64,000 nt of DNA, taken from contig OZ223209.1 in NCBI GenBank assembly GCA_965140415.1, forward strand, positions 2,272,001-2,336,000, read 5' to 3'. The notes beneath the pieces are model-generated. The model worked only from the letters and a program-made list of their open reading frames with translations, did not search any database and had not been told where the DNA came from. A program made the translations under genes and the position numbers. Each line of letters begins with the position of its first letter. Position 1 is the first letter of the stretch. This document shows positions 58,801-64,000 of this stretch, in pieces. This stretch comes from Myxococcota bacterium (lineage in GTDB: Bacteria > Myxococcota_A > SURF-8).

Positions 58801-60837
58801 ATGAATCGTCGATACAGCCTGATTTTATTGCTGTTTGTGAGTTTGTTTGCGATCACAGGCTGCAATCCTTCCTCCTCCGATAATCCGTTCGGTGATGTGG
58901 ACAATCTTGAGAATCCATGGGAAGGGGATGGTGATGACGAGGGCAACGAATCCGATCGTTCGGCTTGCCCCGCGATAGCGATGCAGTGCCCGGAGAATAC
59001 GGATTGTATGGTGTACGATGCCTCAACCGGTGAGCCTCCGGAATGTGAAGTTTCTTGTATCGGAGTTGCAGAGCCGGATGGAAGCGACTGCTCGGTAGGT
59101 GAACTTAACGGAAGTTGCAAGCTGGGCGCGTGTGTCGTCTTCGGTGATGCGGATGGCGATGATACTGGCATCGATTCCTGCCCGGATGACCCTTCGCCGG
59201 TTACCTGCCCTGAAGACACGGATTGCATGGCTTTCAGGCTGCGCCGCGCAGCTTATCCCGATTGCATGTACTATTGTGAATCGCTTGCCCTGAACGAGCA
59301 CGAATACTGCTCGGTTGGTGGCTTGCCGGGATATTGCTCGCTTGGACAGTGTATCCCGTGGAACGATGGTGACGATGATTTCGTAGTCGATGGTGATCTC
59401 GATTTGGAAAGCGAATCCGATCTGGAACAGGATGATCTCATCGACGGTGACGAGACGGAATCCGAATCTGATGCGCCTTTTTTAGTCGAATTGCCGGCTT
59501 CTATTCCTGATGGAGTTCCCACAGGCATCGCCAATGTCATTCACATTGAAGGTGAGGATAGAGGGACCGTTCAAGGTGTTTGTGTCTTGGTTGACATTGA
59601 GCACGAATACAACGGCGATCTGATTGTGACCTTGTATACCCCGCAGGGAAGTGAATTTCGTATTTTCAATCAACAAGGCAATGGACCTGATCTGCTTCTC
59701 GATTTTCGCTCGGACCGCTTCGATGGCGAAAATGCGGCAGGTGATTGGATGTTGGTCGTTGCAGATCTGGTCGCTCAGGATAGCGGTGTCTGGTTGAGTT
59801 GGAGCATCGATCCTTTCTGCGATGTCCCCGATGGCGATATTCCCGATGGCGATGCCTCTGATGGTGACGTTCCAGATGGTGATATTCCCGACGGTGATGT
59901 CACAGATGGCGATGTCACAGATGGTGACGTTCCCGATGGTGACGTTCCCGATGGTGATGTTCCGGATGGTGATATTCCCGACGGTGATGTCCCCGATGGC
60001 GATATTCCCGATGGCGATGCCTCTGATGGTGACGTTCCAGATGGTGATATTCCCGACGGTGATGTCACAGATGGCGATGTCACAGATGGTGACGTTCCCG
60101 ATGGTGACGTTCCCGATGGTGATGTTCCGGATGGTGATATTCCCGACGGTGATGTTCCGGATGGTGATGTCACAGATGGTGACGTTCCCGATGGTGACGT
60201 TCCCGATGGTGATGTTCCGGACGGTGATGTCTCGGATGGTGACGTCCCGGATGGCGATGTCCCGGATGGCGATGTCCCGGATGGCGACGTCCCGGATGGC
60301 GATGTCCCTGATGGCGATGTCCCGGATGGCGATGTCCCGGACGGTGATGTCTCGGATGGTGACGTCCCGGATGGCGATGTCCCGGATGGCGATGTCCCGG
60401 ATGGCGATGTCCCTGATGGCGATGTCCCGGATGGCGACATCCCGGATGGCGATGTCCCGGACGGTGATGTCTCGGATGGTGACGTCCCGGATGGCGATGT
60501 CCCTGATGGCGACGTCCCGGACGGTGATGTCTCGGATGGCGACGTCCCTGATGGCGACGTCCCGGATGGCGATGTCCCTGATGGCGATGTCCCTGATGGC
60601 GATATTCCCGATGGTGATATTCCCGATGGCGATGTCCCGGATGGCGATGTCCCGGATGGTGATGTCCCAGATGGCGATGTCCCAGATGGCGATGTCACTG
60701 ACGGTGATGCCGAGTTGTACTGTACCTGTTCATCTAACAACGATTGCCCGATGGGCTACTATTGCGAAATGTACCCAGGTACGGAGTCTTGCGGTATTGG
60801 ATGTTTCATCCTTCCTCCGGATGGAGATTTGTTTTAA
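58801..60837 (+). CDS. Lipoprotein: two 8-Cys modules, proprotein-convertase P-domain, Asp-rich pentapeptide repeat, Cys-rich tail
   Basis: GAGGA RBS; lipobox ITGC; IEHEYNGDLIVTLYTPQG..GDWMLVVAD..DSG..LSWSI (P-domain). Confidence 0.85.
   Translation: MNRRYSLILLLFVSLFAITGCNPSSSDNPFGDVDNLENPWEGDGDDEGNESDRSACPAIAMQCPENTDCMVYDASTGEPPECEVSCIGVAEPDGSDCSVGELNGSCKLGACVVFGDADGDDTGIDSCPDDPSPVTCPEDTDCMAFRLRRAAYPDCMYYCESLALNEHEYCSVGGLPGYCSLGQCIPWNDGDDDFVVDGDLDLESESDLEQDDLIDGDETESESDAPFLVELPASIPDGVPTGIANVIHIEGEDRGTVQGVCVLVDIEHEYNGDLIVTLYTPQGSEFRIFNQQGNGPDLLLDFRSDRFDGENAAGDWMLVVADLVAQDSGVWLSWSIDPFCDVPDGDIPDGDASDGDVPDGDIPDGDVTDGDVTDGDVPDGDVPDGDVPDGDIPDGDVPDGDIPDGDASDGDVPDGDIPDGDVTDGDVTDGDVPDGDVPDGDVPDGDIPDGDVPDGDVTDGDVPDGDVPDGDVPDGDVSDGDVPDGDVPDGDVPDGDVPDGDVPDGDVPDGDVPDGDVSDGDVPDGDVPDGDVPDGDVPDGDVPDGDIPDGDVPDGDVSDGDVPDGDVPDGDVPDGDVSDGDVPDGDVPDGDVPDGDVPDGDIPDGDIPDGDVPDGDVPDGDVPDGDVPDGDVTDGDAELYCTCSSNNDCPMGYYCEMYPGTESCGIGCFILPPDGDLF
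59821..60705 (+). repeat. 15-bp coding tandem repeat, 59 units, D-[VIA]-[PTS]-D-G
   Basis: Units resemble GAYGTYCCNGAYGGY; includes an exact 165-bp duplication (59821-59985 and 59986-60150). Confidence 0.97.
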
Positions 60838-60932
60838 AAGTAGTTACGGTGTGCCGGAATAAGCGAAGATGCAAGTCGGAGCAGCCCAAAATTTGTTAAT
60901 GTTGATTCTCAAAGCGAACGAGTGAAGTAACG

Positions 60933-61325
60933 ATGCGTAACCAACTAGCTATAGTCGATGACGACGAGAAAATTCTGATTTCGTTAAAGCGGTTTTTTAC
61001 TCTGAAAAATTTTCAGGTGGATACCTATAACGATCCAAGGGAAGCGATGACGCGGATCAAGGCGTCTTTTCACAAGGTCGTGTTGGCTGATATCAATATG
61101 CCCGGCATGGATGGCATCGAATTGATGACTCGGCTGAAGAAATATAATCCCTTGATTCAAGTCGTGATTATGACAGGAAATTCCACTCCGGAAGCCGTTC
61201 GAAGTGCGATTATGAAAGGGGCCAGTGGGATTGTCGTCAAACCGTTTGACAGTTTGCAGATGCTGGAGCGCGAAGTGGAGAAAGCCATTAACAACGTCGC
61301 CATGGCAATGAACAAGAAACGCTGA
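60933..61325 (+). CDS. Stand-alone response regulator receiver (canonical)
   Basis: IVDDD, LADINMPGMDG, IMTG, KPF. Confidence 0.92.
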   Translation: MRNQLAIVDDDEKILISLKRFFTLKNFQVDTYNDPREAMTRIKASFHKVVLADINMPGMDGIELMTRLKKYNPLIQVVIMTGNSTPEAVRSAIMKGASGIVVKPFDSLQMLEREVEKAINNVAMAMNKKR

Positions 61326-61327
61326 TT

Positions 61328-61867
61328 ATGAGCAAATCGCTGCCTGACAAGGGATACATTCACGTTTATACCGGAATGGGGAAGGGCAAGACTACCGCTG
61401 CGCTAGGAGTCGCTTTGCGTGCTATCGGGCACGGGCACCGAGTGTATATCGGCCAATTCATGAAAGGGATTGCCTACGGTGAAGTCTTTGCAGCGGAAAA
61501 AATCGGTGATGCGTTGGTGATCGAGCGTTATGGGGAAGACAGCATGGTGCATCCTGATGCACCACGCACCGAAGATCTACAGCGTGCAGTCGATGGCTTG
61601 CAGCGTTTGCGCAACGCCATGCATAGCGGAGCGTATCAGGTGGTGATTCTGGATGAAATCAATGTCACCGTTGATTACAACCTGTTACCTGAATCCGAGG
61701 TGTTGGCGCTCTTGGATGAAAAACCGGATGGAGTTGAATTGATCCTGACGGGTATTCACGCTCCGCAGGCATTTCTAGACAGGGCGGATCTGATTACGGA
61801 AATGACGGAAGTGAAACATTATTACCGGTCGCAAGGAATCCTTTCCAGGCCCGGAATCGATCGATAG
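61328..61867 (+). CDS. cobO: Cob(I)alamin/corrinoid adenosyltransferase (CobA/CobO/BtuR)
   Basis: VYTGMGKGKTTAALG, QFMKG, LDEI, ADLITEM..KH, GID. Confidence 0.9.
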   Translation: MSKSLPDKGYIHVYTGMGKGKTTAALGVALRAIGHGHRVYIGQFMKGIAYGEVFAAEKIGDALVIERYGEDSMVHPDAPRTEDLQRAVDGLQRLRNAMHSGAYQVVILDEINVTVDYNLLPESEVLALLDEKPDGVELILTGIHAPQAFLDRADLITEMTEVKHYYRSQGILSRPGIDR

Positions 61868-61882
61868 CGAAGGGTAGCGCAG

Positions 61883-63424
61883 GTGTCGAAAAAGAAAAGC
61901 AAGCAGTTCGGTAAGTTCAAGCTCATTCGCAAAATCGCAACGGGGGGTATGGGAGAAATCTTTTTAGCCCGGCATGTCGATCATCCGAAAAGCCGTCCCC
62001 CGATTGCATTGAAGCGGATATTGGGGCATCGCGCCAAAGACCAGAACTTCATTCGTATGTTTCTTCGCGAAGCAAAGATTATCGCTCAACTAAATCATCC
62101 CAATCTGACTCGCATTCTGGATTTCGGTAAAGAGCAGGATACCTTCTACATGACCATGGAATATGTGGAAGGTCACAACCTGGACGAAGTGATCACCAAA
62201 GCGGGTGATGCTCCCAGCAGTTGGAGTCTGGGCTGCTCGATTGAGGTGATTCGGCAGGCTCTGGCCGGAATGGACTACGCACACGATAAAAACGATCGAC
62301 AGGGAAAATCGCTCGATATCGTGCATTTGGATCTGTCCCCACATAACATCATGATCTCCAGAGACGGGACAGTCAAAATTCTCGATTTCGGTGTGTCCAA
62401 GGCGGCTTATGAGGACGATCAAAAAGCCTATAATGCCTTACGCGGCACCTATGCGTACATGTCGCCGGAACAATGCAAAGAGAAAGCGGTCGATCGCCGT
62501 TCCGATCTGTTTACCCTGGGAATCCTCTTATACGAGCTGAGCACCGGGGAACCGCTCTTTCGCAAACAACCTAGCGAATTCATGGTGTTGAAGGCCATTA
62601 CGGAGGGGTTGATTCCGCCTCCCAGTAATGTCGATAAGAATTACCCGCCGGAATTGGAAAAAATTCTGGACCGGTCGCTTGCCGTGAAAGTAGAGGATCG
62701 TTTCCAGAGTGCCAAGGAATTCTCGGATGCCCTGGATGAACTGGAAGCAAAATACAACTTTACCTCCGGTCCGGAAGTATTGAAAAAGGCTCTGGATGAC
62801 CTGTGGACCAAACAATTCGTTTCCGAAACCGATGAGGATTCGGACGATGACGAGCTATCCTCGCAAAGTGGTGACGAAGCAGAAGTTTCGCAAGACTCTT
62901 CTGACAAGAGCGAAAAACCGGCAGATGTGAAAGCCGAAGATGCTGTTGACAATCCTCAGAAATCGGAATCTTCCAACTCGGATGAAAGCAGGCGCTCGGA
63001 GACCTTCCAAAAAGACGATGTGGCGGCCATGTCTCCGGCGGACCGGGATGAATGGCTGCTGATGCACAAACGCCAGATGCGACGAGTCGCCGGAATCTTT
63101 TCCGTACTGTTTGTGTTAGCCTGCGCTGCTTTGGGTGGTTTCTATCAGTACAAGACCGGATGGATAAAGGAAACGGCGGGGTCCACAATTTACGTGCCGA
63201 GTTCCGGCAAACTGTATATCTCTACGATTCCGGAAGGCGCGAAAGTGTTCGTGAACCTGAAGGAGCAGAAAACCGTCACTCCGATGTTGTTGGGTGATAT
63301 GCCCTTCGATGAAAACCTGCAAATCGAAGTCGTGTTAAGCGGATATGAATCCTCGCGGCAGACATTCAGATTGAACGCGCAAACTCCATTGGACGCCATG
63401 CTGGTTCAACTGGAAAAGAAATAG
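61883..63424 (+). CDS. Ser/Thr protein kinase with acidic linker, TM helix and PEGA domain
   Basis: GGMGEIF, ALK, HLDLSPHN, DFG, GT..YMSPE; STIPEGAKVFVN..TP..GY. Confidence 0.92.
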   Translation: MSKKKSKQFGKFKLIRKIATGGMGEIFLARHVDHPKSRPPIALKRILGHRAKDQNFIRMFLREAKIIAQLNHPNLTRILDFGKEQDTFYMTMEYVEGHNLDEVITKAGDAPSSWSLGCSIEVIRQALAGMDYAHDKNDRQGKSLDIVHLDLSPHNIMISRDGTVKILDFGVSKAAYEDDQKAYNALRGTYAYMSPEQCKEKAVDRRSDLFTLGILLYELSTGEPLFRKQPSEFMVLKAITEGLIPPPSNVDKNYPPELEKILDRSLAVKVEDRFQSAKEFSDALDELEAKYNFTSGPEVLKKALDDLWTKQFVSETDEDSDDDELSSQSGDEAEVSQDSSDKSEKPADVKAEDAVDNPQKSESSNSDESRRSETFQKDDVAAMSPADRDEWLLMHKRQMRRVAGIFSVLFVLACAALGGFYQYKTGWIKETAGSTIYVPSSGKLYISTIPEGAKVFVNLKEQKTVTPMLLGDMPFDENLQIEVVLSGYESSRQTFRLNAQTPLDAMLVQLEKK

Positions 63425-63444
63425 CTTCTTTTCCCCTTCGGCGA

Positions 63445-64000
63445 TCATTCAGACAGAAAAACGGGGGCGACTGGATTTTCATATACCCATTGGCCGTTTT
63501 TCATCACTTTGTAGGTGTGATTCCGACCGAAGTGATAGGTCAGGTATTCGGGCCGGGGGACATCCAGTAAAAGAAGGTCGGCTTGGTATCCATTGGCGAT
63601 GCGACCGATTCGTTCTCCCAGTAGCAGCGAATCGGCGGCGTGACGCGTAACGGACAACAGCACTTCTTCAAAGGTCATGCGCAGTTGAGTGCATCCCAGA
63701 TTCATAATCAGAGGCAGGTTGCTGCAAACGCAACTTCCCGGGTTAAAGTCGCTGGCCAACACCACTCGCACGCCCGCTTCGATGAATTTGCGTGCAGGGG
63801 CGTATTCCGTTTTCCCCAGATAATAGCTGGTGCCTGGCAGCAAGGCGGCGATGACATTCGCGTCGGCCATGGCCTGAATGTTTTCATCCGTGATTGCCAT
63901 TAAGTGATCTGCCGCCACCGCGCCCAATTCACAGGCTAGTTTTGCACCGTCGCTGTTGACGAATTCATCCGCATGGAAGCGCAGCGCCATGCCGAGCTTT
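63445..64000 (-). CDS. hutI: Imidazolonepropionase (5' part outside the window)
   Basis: HADEF, ADHL, LLPGT, ASDFNPGS, YHFG. Confidence 0.88.
   Translation of the reverse strand, partial: KLGMALRFHADEFVNSDGAKLACELGAVAADHLMAITDENIQAMADANVIAALLPGTSYYLGKTEYAPARKFIEAGVRVVLASDFNPGSCVCSNLPLIMNLGCTQLRMTFEEVLLSVTRHAADSLLLGERIGRIANGYQADLLLLDVPRPEYLTYHFGRNHTYKVMKNGQWVYENPVAPVFLSE

Noticed and set aside
59821..60705. Possible CRISPR array
   Set aside because: Contiguous coding units with no unique spacers and no cas genes.
59775..60862. Long alternative ORFs over the repeat (Met-rich + frame, SPSGT - frame)
   Set aside because: Shadow frames of a stop-free 15-bp repeat. Only the DGD frame has an RBS, signal peptide and domains, and its variation falls mostly at synonymous positions.

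Overview
A 64 kb gene-dense chromosomal window from a Gram-negative bacterium. Hanks-type kinases, an ACIII operon, PilZ/TPR/PEGA proteins and Cys/Asp-rich lipoproteins suggest a Myxococcota/deltaproteobacterium-like lineage (inference). From left to right it holds: (1) a partial tonB divergent from two CxxC redoxin lipoproteins and a DUF6029-like beta-barrel; (2) a Zn-ribbon Ser/Thr kinase-TPR, an HExxH membrane protein, a PflX-like radical SAM enzyme, an MltF-like transglycosylase and a TMTC-like glycosyltransferase; (3) a 13-gene minus-strand operon joining cbb3 oxidase (fused ccoNO, ccoQPGHIS) to alternative complex III (actABCDEF); (4) a 4-gene amino-acid/dipeptide catabolic operon; (5) sdhCDAB; (6) a Wzx/Wzy polysaccharide locus with a convergent O-antigen-ligase-TPR gene; (7) a signalling-rich region with a pseudo-rhomboid-TPR, Yip1, an Asp-to-Glu receiver, a degenerate PilZ, a lipoprotein with 59 DGDxP-type repeats, cobO, a non-RD kinase and partial hutI. 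I saw no rRNA, tRNA, CRISPR array or mobile element. All family calls come from motif recognition by eye; no database searches were run.
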